From a virus: a DNA stretch of 64,000 nt. A program made the position numbers and the translations under genes. The DNA lies in IMG/VR virus record IMGVR_UViG_3300033182_001391, positions 7,141 to 71,140 of that record; one strand, given 5' to 3'. The notes under the pieces are model-generated. The model worked only from the letters and a program-made list of their open reading frames with translations, ran no database searches and was not told where the DNA came from. Of the stretch, positions 12,401 to 20,815 are shown piece after piece. Positions within the stretch are counted from its first letter, which is position 1, and each line of letters opens with the position of its first letter.

Positions 12401-15275
12401 CATAATCTGAAAATGAAAAACTATTACCAAAACTAGTTGTAGTTTCACTAGATACAGGACTCAGTCTACCAACCTCTGTAATTGTTTTATCTTTATCGTA
12501 AGAATAAACATAGACATCACCATCATCTAAAGCAGTTCCTACAGCCAAGGTTCTCTTATCATTAGATATGGACACATAACTTCCAAAACCGTCATTTAAT
12601 GAAGAATCTTGCGGAGAATACTTTAATTTTTCTATCCACTCAAACGTAGATCCATCATTAGAACTATTAACAAAAACAGATATATAACCCGTTCCTGGAG
12701 TAGCTACATCATTTTCATTTGCGCCAACCAAAAGATAAGAACCATCATAAGAACAATCAACTGATATGCCAAAGTAATTCTTATCACTTATAGAATCAAC
12801 AACAATCTCCTGCTGATTCAACCACTCAACTGCGGTATCAGGATACTTAACTGAATTAACGTCATACACATATACAATTCCAGTATCTGAGCCAGACTGA
12901 TAATCAAAATTTGGAGCTCCAACAAAAACCTTAGAAACATCATCGGCAAGAGCTATACTCCAACCAACATCATCACCAGCAGAAGTACCAGATGGCACAG
13001 TTGCACCATCGTAGACCCAAGAAGAACTTAAATAATAGAAGCTATGGAAAGCTCCACCAATAATTGATGCATCTTCCCATGCAGGAGATCCAACAACAAC
13101 AACATCACCATCATAAGAAATATCTAAACTAAATCCGAATAAAGAATCTTCTTGAGAAACAGCTGGAACAAGATAGTCTTCGTAAGACCAGGATCCACCG
13201 CTATATCTATAAATAAATACCGCACCGGAATTTACAGCGCCGCCGCCAAAAATTGCAGCTGAACTATTATACGGGGAACCGACCGCTATCGTTAAGCCAT
13301 CACCAGAAATAGCTATAGAGTAGCCGTAAAGGTCATCTTCTGCGGCTCCAGCACCACCATTAACACCGGTCTGATCTAGCTTAGCGACCTGCGTCCATGT
13401 AGAACCAGATCTATTGAAGACATAAACTGCCCCCACACCTTCAGTGTCAATATTAAGAGGAAAACCAGTAAGCTCTATATTAGCCTTATAAGAAGATACA
13501 ACTAAAGTATTTCCATCTCTAGATAAAACGGTTTTGTATCCAAATTGATCTAGAGCATCTATATCATCGCTCGTTAGATCAATTTGACTTGAAGCAAAAG
13601 TTTGAACAACATCTTTCTGGGCATCCAAGTCGGCAACATTTATAAGATAAGACATATACCAGGAGTAGTTGACAACAATCGGCATGTAGGCATCGCTGTA
13701 ATCAACTTCTTTCAATCCAGTTACTTCAACATATCCATTAAAAGAAACAGTTGCAGCCGAGTCGTCTTCAATATCTATGTAAAGCTTTGCATCGTCGAAA
13801 TCTCCAACCCCAGGCTGATAATCGGAACCAAGAGGAGAAGCATCTTCATCGTAAACAGATGGAACTCTAGAAATACCTTCTCCTAATAAGCCACCGTAAT
13901 CCCAGTTGCCCTCCTCCCATTTAACATATCCGTAATTTGCTGGATACCTTTCATTCAATGATGTTACAAAATCTTTAAAAGCTTTTTGTGGTTTACCTGA
14001 ATTAGAAAAATAAGGACTTGAACTTTCTATGTCAGAAATTTCTAAGATTTCCGGCGTAGCTCCAAGATAATTGGAATCAGGAGTAGATCCATATGCTCTC
14101 CAAATATCTAACTCTCTTCTGAGAATAAGCTTAAGACCTTCCAAATTAGATGCTCCAGGATTCGCAGCTGCATCTAATATTCTCTTCTTAAAAGAGGAAT
14201 TGGATTCAAGATATAATCTAGGGAGACTTACCCTTGCACCAAACTCATCGAAATCATTAAATATATTTATAGCTTCTTGTTCAAAAGAAATACCATTAAC
14301 AGTAAGGGTATCAAAACTTCTTATTGAATACAGCCTCTTATTTAGGGGATCATAATAGTACGCATAATCTTCTTTTCTAAGAGAAACAAAATCGTTGAAA
14401 CTAGATACAACAGCAAGAGATACACCATCACCCTTAACGCTACTTATATTAGGTGGAACATTATAACTTACATATATCCATGCCAACATATCTTCGTCGG
14501 CACTATTAATAAATGCGTTGACTTGCTCTGTATCAACATTCCTTTGAAAATATTCAAAATTATCTTGCACTAAAGCTGTTAAAAACTTACCGCCCTCAGA
14601 CTCTGGTACATCTAAAGCTGGTGTTGCTGAGTCTTTAGAGTCAGAAAAAAGAGCTGTCCAACTAGGAAATCTCTTTAAAACATTCTTAACTCTTCTAGTG
14701 CTAACCGGAGATACTGGATCATGAATTCCAACCTCAAGATAAAAAACTAAACCAACAGAACTCAAATCGGCTTCATCGGAATTAATAACTAATTCAATTT
14801 GCACATATGGCTTAACATCGGTAATAAATAAAGTTCCTATTTCACCGGAAGCAACGTTCTTCAACCATGGACCATCTGCTGAATCAGACTCATAAATATT
14901 TATTTGAAAGTTAGGAGCAGTAATACCCTGAAGGTTTGTAAAAGTATATTTATAAGAAAGTATATCTATCTCCGAAGAAGTATCAACAAACCTTAATATA
15001 CTAGGTGTAGCAGAATCGTAAACAACTTCACCAAAATCAGTTACATACACAGCATTACTATCTATAGGCGTTGCGTGATTCCCAGCTGTATTAGGGGAAG
15101 CTATCTCTGTACCGGAAAAAACTCTTGTACCAATAAGATCTAAACCAGTAGAAAACCTGCTGTAAGAAAAGTTTTTATACTGATCATTAGAATACAGATT
15201 TATAGAAGAAGAACGCCAAACATCATTACTCTTAATGAAGTCGCCACTTCTTAAAGTATATAAATACTGCTTCAT
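9426..15275 (-). CDS. Baseplate wedge protein (gp7/P2 gpI-like core) with inserted FG-GAP beta-propeller and Ig-like domains (1949 aa)
   Basis: Follows baseplate J. Wedge-type motif FDEFGARVSLPRLYLESNSSFKKRIL; repeated FG.s..is.DG..l.VG.P / GaVyvf blades at about 12325-13590. Confidence 0.75.
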   Translation of the reverse strand: MKQYLYTLRSGDFIKSNDVWRSSSINLYSNDQYKNFSYSRFSTGLDLIGTRVFSGTEIASPNTAGNHATPIDSNAVYVTDFGEVVYDSATPSILRFVDTSSEIDILSYKYTFTNLQGITAPNFQINIYESDSADGPWLKNVASGEIGTLFITDVKPYVQIELVINSDEADLSSVGLVFYLEVGIHDPVSPVSTRRVKNVLKRFPSWTALFSDSKDSATPALDVPESEGGKFLTALVQDNFEYFQRNVDTEQVNAFINSADEDMLAWIYVSYNVPPNISSVKGDGVSLAVVSSFNDFVSLRKEDYAYYYDPLNKRLYSIRSFDTLTVNGISFEQEAINIFNDFDEFGARVSLPRLYLESNSSFKKRILDAAANPGASNLEGLKLILRRELDIWRAYGSTPDSNYLGATPEILEISDIESSSPYFSNSGKPQKAFKDFVTSLNERYPANYGYVKWEEGNWDYGGLLGEGISRVPSVYDEDASPLGSDYQPGVGDFDDAKLYIDIEDDSAATVSFNGYVEVTGLKEVDYSDAYMPIVVNYSWYMSYLINVADLDAQKDVVQTFASSQIDLTSDDIDALDQFGYKTVLSRDGNTLVVSSYKANIELTGFPLNIDTEGVGAVYVFNRSGSTWTQVAKLDQTGVNGGAGAAEDDLYGYSIAISGDGLTIAVGSPYNSSAAIFGGGAVNSGAVFIYRYSGGSWSYEDYLVPAVSQEDSLFGFSLDISYDGDVVVVGSPAWEDASIIGGAFHSFYYLSSSWVYDGATVPSGTSAGDDVGWSIALADDVSKVFVGAPNFDYQSGSDTGIVYVYDVNSVKYPDTAVEWLNQQEIVVDSISDKNYFGISVDCSYDGSYLLVGANENDVATPGTGYISVFVNSSNDGSTFEWIEKLKYSPQDSSLNDGFGSYVSISNDKRTLAVGTALDDGDVYVYSYDKDKTITEVGRLSPVSSETTTSFGNSFSFSDYASTFVVGSPGDDEYASPNGGSVDIYDSILPTDGIGAAFVYEIDLQSHDNYATPSTFYANFTYEDDPSLLLENLYPENSSASPEYISYKIFGADSVTEDTIVFRDKIYNQQYSNTLSTPNSTRIAITDADEIRVVPAKAWNAIAQVYDSVGVNDYKISFDESTPNYRDGDGSAISIASPNIDGYNVNLLLVSDRYDSTPTIRYTDTLSDSLIINSGNTFSSTSATPSVLEVQSLKDYIVYPSSATPQDIYFNVSENTVYTKNNNELDIYTYGGVAKDPNDEDIYFIPSSPNIVFTQYDSSDSVVVGQDYFESATIDYDGSVDYLSLESASGDFYPLRYLYYDFFSATTNNPFFSGFMDSYGNAYRDGEELTNVFFNKDNLIDKYLLGANDFGINDSLEHIIENIKIYGNNVDVRVAIDNPAQVVSDLNYAIENSEQATSSFMAFKEEPYKLALNPGWIYYGEEDRYIYSVSNTQNETGKFFSLTLDETPILSAPVIANVDGVEYRNVAFEDSATPGKHSFYNLESVYGNEGNSLYLAYQNISDVTVTDAYNNTVLFSGLSSQDSTITPFDSSTPAVKGREYLVSYKVEDSFFVDPDVYDDSSDQYNSIIYFSSTPSLSSSYEITYETSKKDSLRSIDLEIDQIDNPLHEGFVYVSNDSFNFSYVEPILSPAYIEDDVQDYMNLSLVSYDENNNLKPGQTFKIYGSNIDATPQFVTTNDNGFGYSVIRYSGAIPATVAQDTITIEGIGSATPNGGPNSSSEGYLETVDYNILRGNNFRLKIKAIPVRFSLDADGESDVTVAGRVYWDDRPLEEEIELYWYENSSYRDLFTDTTPSVITTNPDGTFYLNDLITVNNNLNPGLRFVRVELKDPAAVVSLLQSNGEVLTASDVTISGDVVYWHELYDNLHYTNELLPMSSVFTVDLDSESQMLSTPSFVYDHSNPDLVYYSDSTPNWIPSDWIPIRRYDQYQLGILGSTPNQITDYNNLHPDYEDS

Positions 15276-15301
15276 CTACTAACCTTTGCGCAAATAAAAT
15301 A

Positions 15302-16471
15302 TTAGTAAGTACTGTTGCCTATTATAACAGAGAAAACACTTATATTTCCAGCCGCCAAGTATTCCCTAACTCCAGAAGGAGAAAAATCTTTTAGCGGCAC
15401 CTCTCTACCATCTGCGGTCATAGAATTAATTGTCACACCCTTAATAATATCTGAAGACAACTTAACCTGTCGCTCTATTTCATTTAAAGAAACAGAATCT
15501 CCTATAGTTAAAGAATTCAAATATCTTTTAACAAAAAGAGATGATTGATTCCTAACGCCTTGAATAACACCAGAAGTATTTCCAGAAGGAAGTGTAATCG
15601 TTATATTTAGACCAACACTAACCTTTTCTGCAACTGAAACATTAAACCTAATCCCAACAGGCTTGACAGCATTTATGGCAGCAAGAACAGCTTCAGGCAT
15701 TCTCTTTACCGAAGATCCAACTTCCGGAACAACAATAACATCACAAGAACCTATCCCAAAAGAAGCCTCACGAATACGAACATCTTTTACACCGGAAACA
15801 GAAAGTGCAGCAAACCTCACCGACTCTGCGGTACCAGCAACTCTAGTCTTCATAGAAGCAACTATTCTCCTCCTATAGTTGGCATCTGACTCAGCAGAGA
15901 TGTTTGCGTAAACTTCTTTAGGGTTTGTGCAGAAAACTATTACAGAAGGGGCAGCAACATAATTATGCTTAGTTAAGGTCCCCTTTGGTGCAACATAGGT
16001 ATTGTTATTAAAATTGGGCTGAACTCTACCGTAAGCTTTTGTTGAACCTGCTGGTATTGTTACGGCCTCCTGCAAAGAATAGCTATACTGTTTAGAGGCA
16101 AAATTTGTAACATCATTATAGACAAGAGTATTAGCTGGAATAACAACAGAAGTACTATGAGGCTTAGAAAGATAAAACTCTATGTTAAATGATCTTCTCT
16201 CAGTAGCAACCTGATCACTTACACTCTTTCTACGAACACCATACAAATCTCCTATAAGATCCAAATTTCTACCAGAAGCCGTAGAAAGATCAGATTGACT
16301 TACAGTAAACCTAAAAGCCTCATATAAATCAGAAACTTCATCACTGACTGCCTCAGCAAATGCTCTAGCAACAGAACCAGGATGAACGGCAGTAATACTA
16401 GCATTCTTTTGTAGGCCATCAAGAATAGAGACTAAAATTTCAGACTTACTTTTTACACCATAAATACTCAT
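15302..16471 (-). CDS. Baseplate J-like (gp6-type) wedge protein
   Basis: Motifs ASGRNLDLIGDLYGVRR, ESDANYRRRI, AGTAESVRFAALSVSGVKDV, VKPVGI. Confidence 0.9.
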   Translation of the reverse strand: MSIYGVKSKSEILVSILDGLQKNASITAVHPGSVARAFAEAVSDEVSDLYEAFRFTVSQSDLSTASGRNLDLIGDLYGVRRKSVSDQVATERRSFNIEFYLSKPHSTSVVIPANTLVYNDVTNFASKQYSYSLQEAVTIPAGSTKAYGRVQPNFNNNTYVAPKGTLTKHNYVAAPSVIVFCTNPKEVYANISAESDANYRRRIVASMKTRVAGTAESVRFAALSVSGVKDVRIREASFGIGSCDVIVVPEVGSSVKRMPEAVLAAINAVKPVGIRFNVSVAEKVSVGLNITITLPSGNTSGVIQGVRNQSSLFVKRYLNSLTIGDSVSLNEIERQVKLSSDIIKGVTINSMTADGREVPLKDFSPSGVREYLAAGNISVFSVIIGNSTY

Positions 16472-16852
16472 TTATGCTCCCAATTCTTGATTTATAGATA
16501 AGGTTACAGGCTGATCTAGGTCAGACATTATATGAATATCAAATCTAATAGTATCCGGTCCTGTAGGTATAGCATCTATCTTAATCATTCTTTCCTTAAA
16601 TAAACCTTCTCTTTGAAGGGCTGTACGAATTATTTTTTTACCCAACTCACCTGTTGACTGCCTTTGAGGCATGCCGTAAAGAACGGATAGATCTGTACCC
16701 AAAAGAGGATATATATAAAAATCGCCAGGTTCAGTCATAAGCCTAATGTAAACCTGCTGAATATCAGACTGCATAGACGAATTCGTTAATGCAACATCCT
16801 TAGAACCATTTAAAGCTATATCGCCATTAAGTGTGAAGTAAAAATCACTCAT
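16472..16852 (-). CDS. gp25/gpW-like baseplate protein (sheath initiator)
   Basis: 126 aa; DIQQVYIRLMTEPGDFYIYPLLGTDL motif; directly before baseplate J. Confidence 0.85.
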   Translation of the reverse strand: MSDFYFTLNGDIALNGSKDVALTNSSMQSDIQQVYIRLMTEPGDFYIYPLLGTDLSVLYGMPQRQSTGELGKKIIRTALQREGLFKERMIKIDAIPTGPDTIRFDIHIMSDLDQPVTLSINQELGA

Positions 16853-17498
16853 TTGTTTCCCTCAATGCTCTTTCATGAGCTTGATTAAAATCTAAACCTT
16901 CTTGAATAAACTTTACAATTAAATTTATATGCTCTGAAGAATAGTCTGTAGAGTATGCCTCCAGAAGCCCTATTTGCTCAACAGAAAGATTAGAATAATC
17001 TATATTTGAAGTGAGATTTTGCTCTGGTAAAATCTGAGAGTCACCAAAACCATATCCCTTATCTATAGTAATGGTCTTTTGCTTCTCTTCCTCTTCTAAA
17101 ACGGGAATCATATTGATATAATGAGATAGTCCATTTTGTGCAGAATGTATATTTTTTCTATTAATTTTAACCAAAGTTGGCTCTATATAACTAGAGGCAG
17201 CGTAATTAAAAGAATAATTATTCCATCTTAAACCATCTTCCTTACAAAAGAATCTAATCGAATCCGCAAAAAAAGATATGCTTTTGGATTTAGATGATAT
17301 GACTATACCAACACCGGGAGCAGCAAATATTTCTATATCACCCTGATCATTTAATCGTAAAAAGCTTAAAAGATCTGGATGAGTTAAGCCTACTTCTCTA
17401 TCGGAAAATTCATTTCTTCTTTTTAGTTCTTCTGAAATAGGATAATAAGTTTTCTGATCATAAATTTTTCTTAAAGAATTAAAATTAACTTCCGGCAT
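16845..17498 (-). CDS. Putative baseplate spike, C-terminal (beta-strand) half
   Basis: Short beta-strand repeats EVGLTHP..SFLRLNDQGDIEIFA..GIVISSKSKSISF; lies between the OB-fold gene and gp25. Confidence 0.55.
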   Translation of the reverse strand: MPEVNFNSLRKIYDQKTYYPISEELKRRNEFSDREVGLTHPDLLSFLRLNDQGDIEIFAAPGVGIVISSKSKSISFFADSIRFFCKEDGLRWNNYSFNYAASSYIEPTLVKINRKNIHSAQNGLSHYINMIPVLEEEEKQKTITIDKGYGFGDSQILPEQNLTSNIDYSNLSVEQIGLLEAYSTDYSSEHINLIVKFIQEGLDFNQAHERALRETNE

Positions 17499-17867
17499 TT
17501 ATCTCACCATAAACCTTGGGACACCAGTTCTAACACCATAATTCATATTAAAATATATATTTGCATTATTATCTTCAAAATAATTTAAAACATAAGGACT
17601 TGATTCATTATTATCCCTAAAACCCACAAGACACCTTGTCCCTAAAACCGGGGAAACAGTTTGTAGACCTTGAGTTATTGGGCAGGGTACGTTTCTTAAA
17701 GATGAACCCATTTGATCTGAATATTGTTCGTCTAATATAATGTTTGCGGTATTATTTTGCTTACTATAACCAACAATAATTCCAGGTCTAGTTCTAGCGT
17801 TTTGCATCCTGGCAAGGTCTATATGATCTTGTATTTTTTTATCAAATTTAGGATAATTAACCGGCAT
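17499..17867 (-). CDS. Putative baseplate spike OB-fold (gpV/gp5 N-terminal-like)
   Basis: RPGIIVGY..TANII..LRNVPCP..SPVLGTRCLVGF.DNNESSPYVL follows the gpV N-terminal pattern. Confidence 0.7.
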   Translation of the reverse strand: MPVNYPKFDKKIQDHIDLARMQNARTRPGIIVGYSKQNNTANIILDEQYSDQMGSSLRNVPCPITQGLQTVSPVLGTRCLVGFRDNNESSPYVLNYFEDNNANIYFNMNYGVRTGVPRFMVR

Positions 17868-17878
17868 TATAACTCCAT

Positions 17879-20815
17879 TTAATAATTTATTATAGTTCTT
17901 CTAACAGGACCCTGAGGCTGCCATCCACCCGAATATATAACTTCATAGTACCATCCATTTACCCAATTCTGTGCATACTGAGAAGATTTCGAAGAAGCAC
18001 CAGCGGTATTAAACATCTCTAAAACCCAATCTCTTAACACTGTTTTACTCTTACCCGTTGAAGCCTCATATACTTCTACTGCTGTTTGAAAATCAACATT
18101 AGAGATCCAACCATAATCCGGACCACCACCATAATCCCCCCAGGCAAAGAAATAGTACGAAGATTGTGGATCTAAGCCAAGTTTTTGATCTTCTGTCAAA
18201 ACACCATTAGGAGTAGTTCCTGTTATTATTTTATATAACATAAATGCTTGATTAACAGGAATCAAAATTTCATCAGAAAGATATCTGTACATCTCAGAAA
18301 GCTCATAGCCAGAAACATTCGCCCTATAATTATTTCCAGCATTTCCTGCTGCTGTTAAAAACTGTTCAAAATTAGATATACCCTCATCTAACCACTCATC
18401 ATAAGCCAACTTCCAACCATACTGAGTGCCATTATTAGGAAAGAAGAAAGAGAAATCCTTATCACCATGAGCTAACATATTTATTTGCCACATAGTAGCA
18501 GACCAATCTCCGGTAACAGAACCAGACTGGCTAGACTCAATGTTATCACTGTAGTTAACACCAGGAAAATAACCGACATGAGTCCATTTATATGTTCCAT
18601 CAATATACTTATAGGCGCTAGCGGTGGCATCACTTAACTTTAAGCCATCTATACTATTTGCCGCATTAATAATCTGATAACCATTGCCCATAGATATTCC
18701 AACATGCCCACTTACCCCATTACTGGCCCCTGGGCTCACGGGAAGATTGGTATCCCTATCGGTCCAAGGATAGACCAGAATCGCACCAGGTGTATTTAAG
18801 GCAGTTTCGACATCAGGAGTTCCATTATCTAAGGTAAAGAGATTACCGGCATCTACCATAATATCTCTAATAGTGTTAGTCGTACTCCAATCCGCATTTT
18901 CTGATGCGATATTTGTTAGTTGCCATCTTCCGCCAACTTGCTTAAAATATATTCCAAGTTGGTAGGCAATCCAATATATAAAACCCGAACAATCCCAACC
19001 CGAAATTTGACTAGCAGGTTTAGCAACATCTGCAGCTGTAGGTGAATTGCTTATATACAGCGAGTACCCCCTTGACGATTGTTGACCAAGGGCCTCTTGC
19101 CCTTTTGCTATAAAACTATTTGGAGTAACAAAAGATTCTCCACTAGAGCCAGAAGTAGATCCAGATATTCTTGCTTGAGGATTAAAAGCTGCCGGTCTAA
19201 AATTACTTTCTCTTTCTGCTATAGCAGTGAAGATTGCAGCAGCTTCGTCTGAACACACAGTTCCCCTTAAAAGGTCAAAGACTTCCTGGGCAGAAAGGCT
19301 AGTGACTTGAGAGTTCCTATAACTAGTATTAAGTCTTGGGTTAGAGAATATATCCCCCACCAAAACATAGGTACCCTCAATCTGAGGCAAAGCATCTAGG
19401 TGTCCATCAGAGAAATCCACACTACTATCAAGACCATTTGCCTCTAAGGCCAAAACTCCAGGACCCGAATAAATTCCCGATCTGTACGCACCAAAGCTCA
19501 GATGTATATGATTTCTATGCTCAGAAATACCGCTATGAAAATCAACATTAGCCAAACCAGGATATCTTACTCTTAGCGGAGAATTTCCCAACTCAAAATC
19601 ATCGTCAGTAATTTCATACTCAGTTGCAAGATCTGGATGAACAGATATTGAGTCAGGAAGAAGATATGGATGACTCATACCTATTATATTTAGCTCTTCC
19701 ATCAATAGCTCAAAACCAACCCTAAAGGTAGAACCAGAAACACCACCACCATTATTATTAAAATTAACAGAATCTTGACCATTTCTTCTAGAAATATTAG
19801 TTATATCAACCGCTCTACCAAAAACATGATCTAAAACATACATTCCAACAGTAGAACCGTTGATGTTATATACGTCATTAGAAGACACAATTTGACTACT
19901 TACTCCAGTATTGCACTTAATAGATATTCCTGAATCATCAGAAGACAAATAGATTAAAAGTTCTATAAGAGCAGGGGCAAGGTAGGCTACAGAAGAACTT
20001 GTTCCATTAATTAAATCTTGACTAACTTGTGAAGTAGAGAAACTACCACCATAGCTCTGTTCAGTTTGTCTAAGATTAGCAATATCATTAGGTATGTCAA
20101 AAGCAAAGCCATTAACTAAGTTTTCAGAATCTTCTACAATACCCGTATCATTAAGAACTCTTAACCTGTCCCTATGCCAACCTAATTCTTGCTCAGACAT
20201 GGTAGAACCCAATGCTATATCTCTTCCTACTGCTCCCGTTAATTCAACTCCAGTAATATAATTATAAGTTCCATCATGTATATTTCCATCAATAGAAGTT
20301 GCAGAAAGGCTAGTTCCTTCTGATGAAATTGCTCCATTTAATCTTGCCATTGCTCTTGCAATGCTATTTTTTAAAACCTGATCTTGACCACTTTTAGCTA
20401 TGCTAGCCATCAAAGCTGCTTGTGCAGCACCTCGTGTTTTAACTATTGCAGATTTCGGGTCAGCAGAAAGGCTATCTTCAGAAAGAAGGCTAATACCACC
20501 TTCAGCGTTTTCATCTGAATTATTAGATCGCAGAGTAACAGCATTCTCCGCACCGCCGACAATAATACCATCAAAAGTACTCTCTGTACTATTTAAGCCA
20601 TCCAATAATCCGTATTTTGCACTCCTATAAATGCCATGGCCAGATAAATAATCTGCTTGAGTGCTTCCTGACAAACTGTTCTTGTATGGACCCTCTACAG
20701 AATTTGTTGTAGCCTTTGCCTTAATCTCTCCTTTAGGATAGGTGTTTTCAACAACTTTTCTTGTTAAACTACCAAACGTAACAAGATTATCAGCACTAAA
20801 ACTTGTCATAATCAA
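17879..20815 (-). CDS. Virion-associated multi-domain peptidoglycan hydrolase (M15-like peptidase, SLT-like glycosylase, NlpC/P60)
   Basis: HVFGRAVDI...HRNHIHLSF; AIAERESNFRPAAFN...GDWSATMWQIN; WDCSGF...GHVGI. ATG at 20809 is an alternative start. Confidence 0.8.
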   Translation of the reverse strand: MIMTSFSADNLVTFGSLTRKVVENTYPKGEIKAKATTNSVEGPYKNSLSGSTQADYLSGHGIYRSAKYGLLDGLNSTESTFDGIIVGGAENAVTLRSNNSDENAEGGISLLSEDSLSADPKSAIVKTRGAAQAALMASIAKSGQDQVLKNSIARAMARLNGAISSEGTSLSATSIDGNIHDGTYNYITGVELTGAVGRDIALGSTMSEQELGWHRDRLRVLNDTGIVEDSENLVNGFAFDIPNDIANLRQTEQSYGGSFSTSQVSQDLINGTSSSVAYLAPALIELLIYLSSDDSGISIKCNTGVSSQIVSSNDVYNINGSTVGMYVLDHVFGRAVDITNISRRNGQDSVNFNNNGGGVSGSTFRVGFELLMEELNIIGMSHPYLLPDSISVHPDLATEYEITDDDFELGNSPLRVRYPGLANVDFHSGISEHRNHIHLSFGAYRSGIYSGPGVLALEANGLDSSVDFSDGHLDALPQIEGTYVLVGDIFSNPRLNTSYRNSQVTSLSAQEVFDLLRGTVCSDEAAAIFTAIAERESNFRPAAFNPQARISGSTSGSSGESFVTPNSFIAKGQEALGQQSSRGYSLYISNSPTAADVAKPASQISGWDCSGFIYWIAYQLGIYFKQVGGRWQLTNIASENADWSTTNTIRDIMVDAGNLFTLDNGTPDVETALNTPGAILVYPWTDRDTNLPVSPGASNGVSGHVGISMGNGYQIINAANSIDGLKLSDATASAYKYIDGTYKWTHVGYFPGVNYSDNIESSQSGSVTGDWSATMWQINMLAHGDKDFSFFFPNNGTQYGWKLAYDEWLDEGISNFEQFLTAAGNAGNNYRANVSGYELSEMYRYLSDEILIPVNQAFMLYKIITGTTPNGVLTEDQKLGLDPQSSYYFFAWGDYGGGPDYGWISNVDFQTAVEVYEASTGKSKTVLRDWVLEMFNTAGASSKSSQYAQNWVNGWYYEVIYSGGWQPQGPVRRTIINY

